From: an uncultured Bdellovibrionales bacterium
GTDB taxonomy: Bacteria; Patescibacteriota; Minisyncoccia; Moranbacterales; UBA1568
Assembly: GCA_964580285.1 (NCBI GenBank)
Contig: CAZOKB010000001.1
Coordinates: 9,366 to 73,365 of the forward strand
DNA length: 64,000 nt
Direction of reading: 5' to 3'
The notes below the pieces were generated by a model that saw nothing but the letters and a program-made list of their open reading frames with translations, searched no databases and had not been told where the DNA came from. Each line of letters opens with the position of its first letter. Position 1 is the first letter of the stretch. This document shows, one piece after another, positions 1 to 9,448 of the stretch. A program made the position numbers and the translations under genes.

Positions 1-135
1 TCAGGAGCCAAGCCGTCGATACGGATCGGTGCTGATTTGGTTGAGGACCGTGAGTGGCTCTCCGAACTTATTCGCATCACCGAGGCCGCGCTGCCGGAAT
101 CGAAACCGAAGAAAACTCCCGCTAGAGGCTTTTAG
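1..135 (+). CDS. 3' end of a TfoX/Sxy N-terminal-family protein (partial)
   Basis: Frame 1 reads SGAKPSIRIGADLVEDREWLSELIRITEAALPESKPKKTPARGF* (TAG 133-135), resembling the C-terminus of small TfoX_N proteins; not in the ORF track. Confidence 0.6.
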   Translation, partial: SGAKPSIRIGADLVEDREWLSELIRITEAALPESKPKKTPARGF

Positions 136-206
136 AAGGGTTTTTGGGTGGCGTGGTATAATAGTACCGCTGACAACAGGACCCTCTATTTTTTAAGGAC
201 AAGCAT

Positions 207-632
207 ATGGGAAAACTTATCGTAGCAGTAGTAGTGATTGCAGCGCTCGGAGGATATTTTTTTCTTCAGAAAGCCTCGGCTCCAGCCACGGACACGGCAA
301 TGCCCGTAAAGTCGGTTGAGCCGGTTTCACAGGTGCTCAATGGTCCGTTGAAAGAATTCTCGATGACAGCCTACTATGATGCGCAGGGCAAGTGGTTTTC
401 TTTGAAAGAAATCTCCGTTAAGAAGGGGGATCATGTACGGATTAAGGTGACAAATACCGCGGGCATGCATGACTTCATGCTGGATGAGTTTGGAGTGAAA
501 GAGGAACTGCCGCTCAATCAAGAAGTCGTGATTGATTTCACTGCAGATAAAGCGGGGACTTTCCAGTACTATTGTTCGAAGCCAGGGCACCGGGCTGGTG
601 GGCAGTGGGGTACGTTTACGGTATCTGAATAA
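207..632 (+). CDS. Membrane-anchored cupredoxin-domain protein
   Basis: N-terminal TM helix; HDF and YYCSKPGHRAGGQWG type-1 copper motif; TGGTATAAT extended -10 at 154-162. Confidence 0.85.
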   Translation: MGKLIVAVVVIAALGGYFFLQKASAPATDTAMPVKSVEPVSQVLNGPLKEFSMTAYYDAQGKWFSLKEISVKKGDHVRIKVTNTAGMHDFMLDEFGVKEELPLNQEVVIDFTADKAGTFQYYCSKPGHRAGGQWGTFTVSE

Positions 633-662
633 CTTCTTTCGAAGAGGCTACTAGGGTTGGTT

Positions 663-1397
663 ATGTTGCAGGAACAACTGCTTTTTCTTGATACTGAAAC
701 GACTGGGACGGGGCCGCATGATCGGCTGTGTCAGGTAGCATATAGTATTGGTGAACGGGAAGCCGAAGCGCTTTTTAAACCGCCAGTACCGATCAGTATC
801 GAGGCTATGAGCGTGACGCATATCACGAACCGTATGGTTGAGCGTTGTGAAGCGTTCGCTGGGTCGGCGATGCAGCGTGAGCTAACAGCACTTTTGGCGG
901 AGGGCGCGATCCTTGTGGCGCACAATGCGAAGTTTGATATCGAGATGCTCCAGCATGAAGGTCTCGAAGTGCCGGTCTCGATTGATACCTTCAAGCTTTC
1001 GCATTATCTCGATATTACTGGCACGATACCGCGGCACAACCTTCAGTACCTCCGCTACTACCACGACCTCACAGTGGATAATGTCTCGGCGCATGATGCC
1101 TTAGGCGATGTTCGAGTGCTTCGCGCGCTTTTTGATTTCTATTTTTCAACCATGCTGGAGAAGACGGGTGATGAGACAGTGGTACTCCACGAGATGCTCG
1201 AGGTTTCGGCCCGGCCCATCCTTATGAAAAAGTTTCCTTTTGGAAAGTATGCTGGGAAAGAGGTAGAACAAGTGGCGGTCGAAGATCCAGGGTATCTGGT
1301 TTGGATGCTCAATCAGAAAATCATGACGCGTGAGCAGGGTGGCGAGGATGATGAACACTGGATCTACACCCTTGATTATTATCTGCCGAAGCCATAA
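663..1397 (+). CDS. DEDDh 3'-5' exonuclease, exonuclease X-like
   Basis: FLDTETTG, AHNAKFD and SAHDALGD motifs; C-terminal FPFGKY..DPGYLVW domain typical of ExoX-like proteins. Confidence 0.85.
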   Translation: MLQEQLLFLDTETTGTGPHDRLCQVAYSIGEREAEALFKPPVPISIEAMSVTHITNRMVERCEAFAGSAMQRELTALLAEGAILVAHNAKFDIEMLQHEGLEVPVSIDTFKLSHYLDITGTIPRHNLQYLRYYHDLTVDNVSAHDALGDVRVLRALFDFYFSTMLEKTGDETVVLHEMLEVSARPILMKKFPFGKYAGKEVEQVAVEDPGYLVWMLNQKIMTREQGGEDDEHWIYTLDYYLPKP

Positions 1398-1427
1398 GCA
1401 GGAAGTCCTGTTTTCCCGATGACCAAC

Positions 1428-1457
1428 AAAAAACCACTCCTTGAGGAGTGGTTTTTT
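1428..1457. terminator. Bidirectional intrinsic terminator
   Basis: AAAAAACCACTCC-TTGA-GGAGTGGTTTTTT between convergent genes. Confidence 0.85.
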
Positions 1458-1473
1458 GGTGTATAGATCGCGA

Positions 1474-1671
1474 TTAGGCGAGGGACACGTTGGTGGCCGC
1501 AGGACCCTTCGGACCTTCGGTAACCTCGAAGGTGACGTTGTCGCCGACCTTGAGCTCATCGAAAGTAACACCGACGAGCTCCTTGGAGTGGAAGAAAAGA
1601 TCCTTCGCCTCGCCTTCGCGAGAGATGAATCCGAATCCACGATCCGTGAGCGTTTTGATAGTACCGGTCAT
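1474..1671 (-). CDS. cspA: Cold-shock protein (65 aa)
   Basis: MTGTIKTLTDRGFGFI..DLFFH..GPKGPAATNV with RNP1/RNP2 motifs; true start is ATG at 1671, and the longer ORF extension is spurious. Confidence 0.95.
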   Translation of the reverse strand: MTGTIKTLTDRGFGFISREGEAKDLFFHSKELVGVTFDELKVGDNVTFEVTEGPKGPAATNVSLA

Positions 1672-1738
1672 AGTATTGCTTCTTGGCTTGTTCGAGAGAA
1701 ATCCGACTACATTTCTTCTTGCATTAGTTGCAAAGTCC

Positions 1739-1767
1739 ACTATAGCATAAAAGCAGGTATCAGTCAA
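1739..1767 (-). promoter_or_regulatory. sigma70 promoter of cspA
   Basis: TTGACT-17 bp-TATAGT with TG extension on the - strand. Confidence 0.75.
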
Positions 1768-1822
1768 TATGGAAAAATAGGCTGAAAACAAAGGAAAAAA
1801 TGCATGTTCTATAATGAAAGAT

Positions 1823-3175
1823 ATGAAGAAACTTTCTTGTTTCAGCTTGAGTCTTGTTGGTATCGGGCTAGTCGCTGTAGCTGGCTGGGTGTGGTTGCGC
1901 GTACCGGCCCGAGTATCCTTGCCAGCCTGTACCCTTGAAGCCAAGCTGTGTCCAGATGGATCAGCGGTCGGGAGAAGCGGACCTGAGTGCGCTTTCGCTC
2001 CTTGTCCGGAGAGCATGCCTTCAAACGAGGGGGCGTTAGTTCCATCGGAAGCATTACCAAGAGTCGTGCCTCTCGATCGAGCCGAAGAACGAGTAACGAA
2101 AAAACCCTTTGGCATGTTTATTGACCCACAAACATCGCCGGTGCAGCCGGAACGTTTTCGGGGGTATCATACGGGAACAGATTTTGAAACTTTTCCCAAA
2201 GAGTCTGTAACGGATGTGTCTATTCGTGCGGTGTGTTCCGGTACGCTAGTTGCGAAGCGGCGGGCTAGCGGCTATGGTGGTGTCATTGTTGAACGCTGCG
2301 AGCTCGGGGGCGAAACCGTGACGGTCGTCTACGGTCATCTCGCGCTTAAGAGTGTGACTGGGCAGGTAGGGGACCAGGTAGAAAGAGGGGCTGAGCTCGG
2401 TATGCTGGGAGCAGCCGGGAGTACCGATACTGATGGCGAACGCAAGCATTTGCACCTCGGTATTCATCGGGGCGAGGCGATAGATATCCGCGGCTATGTG
2501 AGTCAGCGGACTGAGTTATCGCAGTGGATCGATCCGTGCCTCTTTTTCTGCCCGGGAGCGGAGCCGGTATCATCTCTTAGTGATCGTGCTATGCCGTTGG
2601 TACCCTTTGTAGTGCAGGCGCCGGCTGGTGCTTGGCAGGATCCGGTATTCCAGGACGGCTGCGAGGAGGCATCGATACTCATGGCATCCCGATTAGGGAG
2701 TACGATTTCTTTTTCAGTCGAAGAAATGAAACAAGAAATACGCACGATCTCAAAACTCTCGGCGGAGCTCTTCGGGACGGCGGTAGATACGTCGGCTGAG
2801 GATACCTTAGCCCTGTTTCGGAAGTATACTGGTCGGACGGATGGCGAGCTGCTCGATCCGGCGACAGATGACGAGATGCGATCATCGCTCTCAGCGGGCA
2901 AGATTCTCCTGGTGCCGATGGATGGTCAGGCGCTCGGTAATCCGCATTTCACGGCGCCGGGACCAGAAACACATATGCTCGTTGTGACCGGATACGATAA
3001 AGTGACGGGGGAGTATATCACGCATGATCCAGGGACGCGCTTCGGTGAGGGGTACCGGTATCCGGCAAAGCGGTTCATCGGAGCGATGCGTGATTATCCG
3101 ACGGGGGATCATCTACCTATCGGGTCGGTCGCGAAGCGGGCGATCGCGATCATCCGGGGTGCAGATCAGGAGTGA
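1823..3175 (+). CDS. Membrane-anchored M23 peptidase / C39-like peptidase fusion with a Cys-rich N-terminal module
   Basis: TM helix; CTLEAKLCPDGSAVGRSGPECAFAPCP; M23 motifs HTGTD and HLH; C39-like QDGCEEAS..HMLVVTGYD..HDPG. Start is 1814 or 1823. Confidence 0.8.
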   Translation: MKKLSCFSLSLVGIGLVAVAGWVWLRVPARVSLPACTLEAKLCPDGSAVGRSGPECAFAPCPESMPSNEGALVPSEALPRVVPLDRAEERVTKKPFGMFIDPQTSPVQPERFRGYHTGTDFETFPKESVTDVSIRAVCSGTLVAKRRASGYGGVIVERCELGGETVTVVYGHLALKSVTGQVGDQVERGAELGMLGAAGSTDTDGERKHLHLGIHRGEAIDIRGYVSQRTELSQWIDPCLFFCPGAEPVSSLSDRAMPLVPFVVQAPAGAWQDPVFQDGCEEASILMASRLGSTISFSVEEMKQEIRTISKLSAELFGTAVDTSAEDTLALFRKYTGRTDGELLDPATDDEMRSSLSAGKILLVPMDGQALGNPHFTAPGPETHMLVVTGYDKVTGEYITHDPGTRFGEGYRYPAKRFIGAMRDYPTGDHLPIGSVAKRAIAIIRGADQE

Positions 3176-3213
3176 TTCGGGTATACTACGGAGGCCTATT
3201 ATTTTTTTGCAGT

Positions 3214-3411
3214 ATGCCAGATATTCGATTGCCCTTCGATACGAGTCGCAACATCTCGGGACCGATCGCACTCCTCGTGGTGATGTTGGTGGCTTCTCTG
3301 GTTGCCTGGTGCTCCTTGTCTCTCGGGCGCCAGGTGATCGAGAACGCGGAACATTCGCCGATGGTGGATATCAGCCAGCGCTCTTCGGATATCAAACACA
3401 TCAAACGCTAG
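3214..3411 (+). CDS. Small single-TM hypothetical protein
   Basis: ATG 3214, one hydrophobic helix, lies directly upstream of the dedA-like gene. Confidence 0.5.
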   Translation: MPDIRLPFDTSRNISGPIALLVVMLVASLVAWCSLSLGRQVIENAEHSPMVDISQRSSDIKHIKR

Positions 3412-3418
3412 ATTGATT

Positions 3419-4105
3419 ATGTTCTTCCATTCCGCCACTCTGATCAGTTGGATCAAAGACTATGTGATGCAAGTGCCGCTCGAGTGGTTTGTCTTCTCAG
3501 GTTCGTTTCTCGAGGAAGTCGTGAGTCCGATACCGTCGATGCTTATCACCGGCATCGCTGGATCGCTCGCGCTCATGCGGCATGAGGACTGGTGGTACCT
3601 CGCGCTTCTGGCTTTTTTGGCGAGCTCGGGAAAGACGATTGGTGCCTGGCTGTATTATTTTTTCGGCGATAAGGGAGAGGATCTCCTGATCGGTCGTGTC
3701 GGCCAGTGGTTCGGCGTTGCGCACGCGGATGTTGAGCGTGTCGGTGTCCGGTTCACGGGTCATCACTGGAAGGATGGCGGACTTCTCTTCCTGATACGCG
3801 CCGTGCCGTTCATGCCGACGACGCCGTTCTCAGTAGCATCCGGTATCTTCAAGATGAATATCCGTGTCTTCTTCGCGGCAACGCTCTTGGGATATTTCGT
3901 GAAGGATCTCGGCTATGTCCTAGCGGGATATTTCGGCATTGCGAAAATCTCTACGCTCTGGCGCGATATCGACCATATCAAATGGATGTTTGATAGTGCG
4001 GTGTGGTTAGCTATCGGTATAGCGCTGTATCTGCTTTATCGTCACCGGCATAAAGGCAAGCATGCTTGGCGTTTTCTTTGCCAGATTTTCGATCGGAAGA
4101 AATAA
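3419..4105 (+). CDS. DedA/VTT-family membrane protein
   Basis: EEVVSPIPS motif, FLIRAVPF motif, multiple TM helices. Confidence 0.85.
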   Translation: MFFHSATLISWIKDYVMQVPLEWFVFSGSFLEEVVSPIPSMLITGIAGSLALMRHEDWWYLALLAFLASSGKTIGAWLYYFFGDKGEDLLIGRVGQWFGVAHADVERVGVRFTGHHWKDGGLLFLIRAVPFMPTTPFSVASGIFKMNIRVFFAATLLGYFVKDLGYVLAGYFGIAKISTLWRDIDHIKWMFDSAVWLAIGIALYLLYRHRHKGKHAWRFLCQIFDRKK

Positions 4106-4115
4106 AGAGTTTGGC

Positions 4116-4574
4116 TTAATACACAAACGGGATAAGGCGTTTGGTGTGGGCCTGATACGTTGTATAGTGTGGAAATTTTTCGGTGAGGAGTTTTTCTTCG
4201 TACGAGAGTTTGATAGTGAGGAGGATAAAGAGAAGCGCGAAGGCAACAAAATGCCTGATGACCGGATAGTTCAGAAACAACCCGAAGGTGGTAAGGAGGA
4301 GAGCGGTATACATGGGGTGGCGGATAAACGCGTAGGGTCCGCTGATGATAAGGATGGCAGTTTGAGCGGGTTCGGGTGCGATACGAAACTTCCCTGGGCG
4401 CAGAGTTATGAATGCCCAGAAGCCAAGTGTGATGCCGGCGAGGACGAGGGTCCAGGCCACAATATCCTGCGGAGCAAATGGTTGGAGGACAGGATGGAAG
4501 AGTACGAAATAACTGATGATGGCGAATTGCGCGCCGACGAGAGACTTCGAGAAGAGTGATGATTGATGAGTCAT
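4116..4574 (-). CDS. Isoprenylcysteine carboxyl methyltransferase (ICMT/PEMT)-family membrane protein
   Basis: GPYAFIRHPMY, EEKLL, Y..Y..TKRLIPF motifs. Confidence 0.9.
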   Translation of the reverse strand: MTHQSSLFSKSLVGAQFAIISYFVLFHPVLQPFAPQDIVAWTLVLAGITLGFWAFITLRPGKFRIAPEPAQTAILIISGPYAFIRHPMYTALLLTTFGLFLNYPVIRHFVAFALLFILLTIKLSYEEKLLTEKFPHYTTYQAHTKRLIPFVY

Positions 4575-4630
4575 AGGGAAGTGGTTTTTTAAGAAATAGA
4601 GTATCGAAAAGGATGGCTATTCTTCGAGGT

Positions 4631-4720
4631 CTCTCCTGGGCCACGAAAGCAGATTTTCCTCTCGCTATCGCCTCGGAAGTCTCGGGCGTCAAGGAAAACC
4701 TCTTTCGCGGCCCAGGAGAG
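4631..4720 (-). repeat. Hairpin repeat family copy 1
   Basis: CTCTCCTGGGCCACGAAAG..GCTATCGCCTCGGAAGTCTCGGGC..CTTTCGCGGCCCAGGAGAG; core shared with copies at 13275, 14693, 31107 and 46196. Confidence 0.9.
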
Positions 4721-4906
4721 TGCGTATTATCTAGGTTAGTATTCAGGAAAATTTACTTTCGTAGACTGATAGAAACCGATTAACACCCCTAATCTTTTCC
4801 AGTATAGCAAATCGGCATCGGCAAATGTGATGGTGTGCTACGATAGGAGCATTGACGCTTCAGGGGAAGCCCTCTAGACTGTCTCTTTCAGATACATACA
4901 TAATAT

Positions 4907-6931
4907 ATGGATACATCGACATTTCGGTTGCAATCGCCTTGGGGTCCAGCCGGCGATCAGCCCAAAGCGATTGCGGCATTGACCAGGGGGATTGAGTCGG
5001 GAGCCTCTTTTCAGACCTTGCTCGGTGTGACGGGCTCCGGGAAGACGTTTACCATGGCCAACGTGATCGCAAATATCGGCAAGCCGACTCTGGTCATTGC
5101 ACACAACAAGACGCTCGCAGCGCAGCTGGCCCAGGAGTATCAGGAATTTTTCCCGGATCACGCGGTGCACTATTTCGTCTCGTACTATGATTTCTATCAG
5201 CCGGAAGCCTATCTCCCGGTGACCGATACCTATATCGAGAAGGATGCTCAGATCAACGAAGAGATCGACCGGTTGCGGCACGCTTCCACGCAAGCACTTT
5301 TGACGCGGCGCGATACGATTATCGTGGCCTCGGTATCCTGCATCTACGGCCTGGGGAGTCCGGCGGAATACGAGAAGAAGAATCTCCGCCTCTCAGTCGG
5401 GACGCCGATGACGCGGACCGAACTGCTCCATACGCTGGTCGCTATCTTCTTCGAGCGGACGAATGCTGATCTTTCGCCGGGTATGTTCCGTAGTCTCGGC
5501 AATCGCGTGGAAGTGATGCCGATATCCGAAAAGTATGTCTACAGCATCGATATCGTAGCGGGTACCATCGGGCATATTGTGAAGATTGATCCGGTAACGC
5601 AGAAAATCTTCGAAGAGCCAAAAGACATTTTCCTCTTTCCGGCCAAACATTTTATTACAGATGAACAAGAGAAAGCGCGCGCGCTCAAGAATATACGGGA
5701 AGAATTGACGCTCCGCTTGGCTGAGCTCGAAGCCGAAGGAAAATTACTCGAAGTCGAGCGCCTCAAGCGACGGACGAATTATGATCTCGCGATGATCGAA
5801 GAAATCGGGTATTGCAGCGGTATCGAAAACTATTCACGACACCTTTCGGGAAAATTGCCTGGCGAACCGGCTGAAACCTTGTTATCATACTTTCCGCACC
5901 TGCCAGATGGCACACCGGATTTTCTTACGGTGATTGATGAGTCGCATGTGACCTTACCGCAGCTGCGGGGCATGTATGCGGGTGACCAGGCGCGCAAAAA
6001 AACGCTGGTAGAATTCGGTTTCCGGCTTCCCTCAGCGCTTGATAACCGCCCGCTCCGTTATGAGGAATTTCTCGAGCGAGTCGGACCGGTGGTCTTCACG
6101 TCGGCTACTCCGGCGGAGTATGAACGCGAGGTGAGCGAACAGATCATCGAGCAGGTGATCCGGCCAACCGGACTCTTGGATCCGCTTGTCGAGGTACGGG
6201 GTATCCGGGCCGATGAATCGGTTCCGTATCCAGGTCAGATCGGCGACTTCATCCGTGAGACGGAAATAGAAGTGGCTCGGGGGAACCGGGTGATCGCGAC
6301 AACGCTCACGAAAAAGATGGCGGAAGATTTAGCGGTCTACCTGAAGGAAAGAGGTATTCGTTCGGAATATCTGCACAGCGATGTGAAGACTATCGATCGG
6401 ATTAAAATCCTTACATCTTTCCGTAAGGGGGAGTTTGATTGCATCGTAGGAGTAAACCTATTGCGCGAAGGTCTTGATTTGCCCGAAGTCTCGTTTATCG
6501 GTATTTTGGATGCCGACAAAGAAGGGTTTCTGCGTTCTGAGACCTCGCTGATTCAGATTATCGGACGAGCAGCGCGCAATGCCAGCGGTCGGGTGATTCT
6601 CTATGCTGATCGCACCACCGGATCGATCGAGTATGCTCTCGGGGAAACCAATCGGCGGCGTAAGCTCCAGGCAGAGTACAATGCGGAGCATGGTATTACC
6701 CCGGCAACGGTCAAAAAAAATATCCATGATATTACCGAGCACTTGGAAAGCGAACATGATAAAGCGGTTCGGGCGAATCTTTCTTTGGATGAACGAATTT
6801 TTTCGAAAGATCCTGCCAAGCTTATCCGTCTCAAGGAAAAGGAAATGAAACAAGCGGTGAAGATACTTGATTTTGAGACAGCCGCCCTTTTGCGCGACGA
6901 AATTCGCGCTCTTCAGTCTCGACAACGGTAG
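4907..6931 (+). CDS. uvrB: Excinuclease ABC subunit B
   Basis: GVTGSGKT, AHNKTLAAQL, YYDFYQPEAY beta-hairpin, DESH, QIIGRAARN, C-terminal UVR domain. Confidence 0.98.
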   Translation: MDTSTFRLQSPWGPAGDQPKAIAALTRGIESGASFQTLLGVTGSGKTFTMANVIANIGKPTLVIAHNKTLAAQLAQEYQEFFPDHAVHYFVSYYDFYQPEAYLPVTDTYIEKDAQINEEIDRLRHASTQALLTRRDTIIVASVSCIYGLGSPAEYEKKNLRLSVGTPMTRTELLHTLVAIFFERTNADLSPGMFRSLGNRVEVMPISEKYVYSIDIVAGTIGHIVKIDPVTQKIFEEPKDIFLFPAKHFITDEQEKARALKNIREELTLRLAELEAEGKLLEVERLKRRTNYDLAMIEEIGYCSGIENYSRHLSGKLPGEPAETLLSYFPHLPDGTPDFLTVIDESHVTLPQLRGMYAGDQARKKTLVEFGFRLPSALDNRPLRYEEFLERVGPVVFTSATPAEYEREVSEQIIEQVIRPTGLLDPLVEVRGIRADESVPYPGQIGDFIRETEIEVARGNRVIATTLTKKMAEDLAVYLKERGIRSEYLHSDVKTIDRIKILTSFRKGEFDCIVGVNLLREGLDLPEVSFIGILDADKEGFLRSETSLIQIIGRAARNASGRVILYADRTTGSIEYALGETNRRRKLQAEYNAEHGITPATVKKNIHDITEHLESEHDKAVRANLSLDERIFSKDPAKLIRLKEKEMKQAVKILDFETAALLRDEIRALQSRQR

Positions 6932-7016
6932 GATCGTGGTATACTTACAAGGTCTGCTCGAGAGAGGGTCGAAGCTTTTCGGGCTTATTCATTAATACAT
7001 AAATACACACGCATAT

Positions 7017-7373
7017 ATGGATGCGAAAAAAATTATAGGCTTGGGGGTGCTAGTGGCTATTGTGGGGGCGCTGGGTGTCGTCATTATCAAACAGATGTCG
7101 ACAGTTACGCGGCCAGCTACCAGCATGACGACTACCACGGTTCCTCAAAACGAACCAGCTGCCAAAAAGGGTCTTACGGAAGAAGCTCAGCTCTCTGTTC
7201 CGGATACGCAGCAGCCGACAACGGTTGATGCGATCGTCGGCGATATCGATAGTGAAATGGTTTCTGATGATGCCGCCGTAACGGATGAAGCTACCGGAGA
7301 AGCTGCGGTTATGGAAGAAGAATCAGGTTCACTTAATGATGTAAGCGAATTCTATGATGACAAAAATCTCTAA
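7017..7373 (+). CDS. Single-TM protein with an acidic low-complexity tail
   Basis: N-terminal TM; TGGTATACT promoter at 6938-6946; overlaps the next gene. Confidence 0.75.
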   Translation: MDAKKIIGLGVLVAIVGALGVVIIKQMSTVTRPATSMTTTTVPQNEPAAKKGLTEEAQLSVPDTQQPTTVDAIVGDIDSEMVSDDAAVTDEATGEAAVMEEESGSLNDVSEFYDDKNL

Positions 7374-8196
7374 AAGCATCCCATTGTTTCTCGGAGTAGC
7401 TGCTCTCGCCTTTCCGTTCTTGGCAGCAGCCTCGATGTATGAGGATCGTCAAGCAGAACGAACGCAGCGCATGGAAGATCGTCAGGCGAATCGTCAAGCA
7501 GATCGCCAAACGGCCATGGAAGAGCGTCAAGCGGATCGCCAAGCCGCATTCTGTGAGAATTTTACAAGTCGGATTGAAGATATGCAGAGCCGGCTTGCGG
7601 AGCGTAAAGACAAATTTACTGAACGTAAGACACAGCGCATGGAGCGTTTTGCGGAAAAGCGTGATGCGCGTGATAATACGTTGACCGATACTCGTGAAGC
7701 GCAGGATGCTCGGCGAAATGCTTGGTATGAGAAACTTGAAGCAGCTGCCGATACGGACGCTAAGAAAGCGGCAGTTGTTGCCTTTAAGAAAGCGACCGAA
7801 GCGGCCGTGGAAACTCGTCGTGATGCGGTGGATGCTGCGATCAAGGCGTTCCGCGAGGGGGTAGATGCTGCGGTAGCGAGTAAGAAAGATACTCGGTCCG
7901 GCGCAGCTGATACTTTTGCAGCGGCTGTTACGGCAGCTATCACTCAAGCCAAGTCAGACTGTGCTGCCGGGAAAGATGCTGCTACGGTACGGAGCACCTT
8001 CCAAGCAGCCCTCAAATCAGCCCGTACGAACCTTCAGTCTGAACGCCAGGAGAGTGCCAAGTTGGGTGACACTATCAAAGGGCTCGCTGAGACGAAGAAA
8101 ACGGCACTGCAATCAGCGATGGCCACATTCAAGACCGCTATGGATCAAGCTAAGGCTGATCTGAAGAAGGCCTTTGGGGAAGACGCAGTGCACTAG
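7354..8196 (+). CDS. Secreted all-helical/coiled-coil protein
   Basis: Signal peptide ending AAA-S; repeated (E/D)RQA motifs; Ala/Lys-rich helices. Confidence 0.8.
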   Translation: MMTKISKSIPLFLGVAALAFPFLAAASMYEDRQAERTQRMEDRQANRQADRQTAMEERQADRQAAFCENFTSRIEDMQSRLAERKDKFTERKTQRMERFAEKRDARDNTLTDTREAQDARRNAWYEKLEAAADTDAKKAAVVAFKKATEAAVETRRDAVDAAIKAFREGVDAAVASKKDTRSGAADTFAAAVTAAITQAKSDCAAGKDAATVRSTFQAALKSARTNLQSERQESAKLGDTIKGLAETKKTALQSAMATFKTAMDQAKADLKKAFGEDAVH

Positions 8197-8220
8197 AAAC
8201 GCAGGTTTTTGCATCAGGCC

Positions 8221-8256
8221 AAGCTCCGTTTTTCAGCGGAGCTTTTGGTTTTTTTC
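8221..8256 (+). terminator. Intrinsic terminator
   Basis: AAGCTCCG..CGGAGCTT followed by T-rich tract. Confidence 0.75.
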
Positions 8257-8279
8257 TGTCTGATTGCTACAATATTCCT

Positions 8280-8615
8280 ATGTCTCGGCTTCAATCTTTT
8301 TCCAAAGAAAGTTTTGCGACTGCGGTGGAGCGGGTCGTAAAACGTATCCCGAAAGGGAGTGTACTCTCGTATGGAACCGTAGCAGTACATGCCGGGTTTC
8401 CTGGTGCTGCTCGTGCGGTAGGGAGTCTGATGAAAAAAAATCATGACCCGAGTATTCCGTGTCATCGGGTGATCCGGGGTGATGGTCGCTGCGGAGAATA
8501 TAACGGTGGCGGAGAGACGCAGAAAGCGCAACGCTTACGCCAGGAAGGGGTGGTCCTTGAGAGGAAGATTCTTGGCGGTCAGATAATATGGCGGGTACGA
8601 GGATATCGAAACTGA
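8280..8615 (+). CDS. Minimal O6-alkylguanine DNA alkyltransferase (MGMT-family, C-terminal domain only)
   Basis: IPKGSVLSYG, ARAVG HTH, active-site PCHRV. Confidence 0.9.
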   Translation: MSRLQSFSKESFATAVERVVKRIPKGSVLSYGTVAVHAGFPGAARAVGSLMKKNHDPSIPCHRVIRGDGRCGEYNGGGETQKAQRLRQEGVVLERKILGGQIIWRVRGYRN

Positions 8616-8616
8616 T

Positions 8617-9309
8617 ATGCATGCACGACTGATTATTACGGCAGATGATTATGGTCTCCGCGAAGCTTCAGAACCGATACTCGACTTAGCACGTGCTTCG
8701 CTTATTGACCGAGTAGCCGTACTTGCGCGTTTCGTTTCGGAAACGGAGGCTCAGCAATTGCTTGCAACCGGTGTGTCGATAGATATCCACCTCGAGTTAA
8801 CTCGTCTTTTGGGTCGAGGAGAGTCTGAAGGAGATGCTTTTCTGGTGCGTATGGGAAATTTTCTCTGGTGTCTGTTGGTAGGAAAACTGTCTCGAAGGAA
8901 AGTGGAGCAGGAATGGCGCGAACAGTTGGATCTTTTTCAACAGAAGTTTGGACGGCTGCCGGACGGCATGAATTCGCATGAGCATATCCATTTTTTTCCG
9001 CCTCTGTTCCGGTATTTTTTGGAGGTAGCTCGAGAATACGGTATAGGCTATGTCCGTTTTGGATCGTACGATACGATTGGTTGCCTGCGCTGGCATGCGG
9101 CAGAAGAAGTCATTTCTTGTTTGCACCGAGTAGACCGGTATTTCTGGAAACATGCACCCCTCACTACTTCGGAATACCTGGTGAGTGGTGACTGGATTGA
9201 TGACCCGGTAGATTTTCTTCGGCAGCTCCCTGCTGGGCGCACGGAAGTGGTGGTGCACCCGGAACGACCGCAGGAAAGAGTTCTGGTGCGAGCTTTGCAA
9301 CAGGGGTGA
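8617..9309 (+). CDS. ChbG/YdjC-family carbohydrate deacetylase
   Basis: IITADDYG, HLEL, NSHEHIH, EVVVHP motifs. Confidence 0.85.
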   Translation: MHARLIITADDYGLREASEPILDLARASLIDRVAVLARFVSETEAQQLLATGVSIDIHLELTRLLGRGESEGDAFLVRMGNFLWCLLVGKLSRRKVEQEWREQLDLFQQKFGRLPDGMNSHEHIHFFPPLFRYFLEVAREYGIGYVRFGSYDTIGCLRWHAAEEVISCLHRVDRYFWKHAPLTTSEYLVSGDWIDDPVDFLRQLPAGRTEVVVHPERPQERVLVRALQQG

Positions 9310-9448
9310 CAATAACAGAACGATATGCTAGGCTAAGAAGATTTCTTTTTCTGTATCCAGGAAGCCTCTCTTTATTTCCAGTTCTGAACCGAGAGTGAAG
9401 AAGCAAGGTTTTTTTGGAAGAAGTATTCATATTATTGTTCTCACGGCC

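Noticed and set aside
1672-2115. 213-aa extended cold-shock ORF
   Set aside because: The extension overlaps the + strand peptidase gene and the cspA promoter; the real start is ATG 1671.
4062-4559. 165-aa + strand ORF and many similar antisense or alternate-frame ORFs in the track
   Set aside because: They are shadows of well-supported genes on the other strand or frame and show no motifs.
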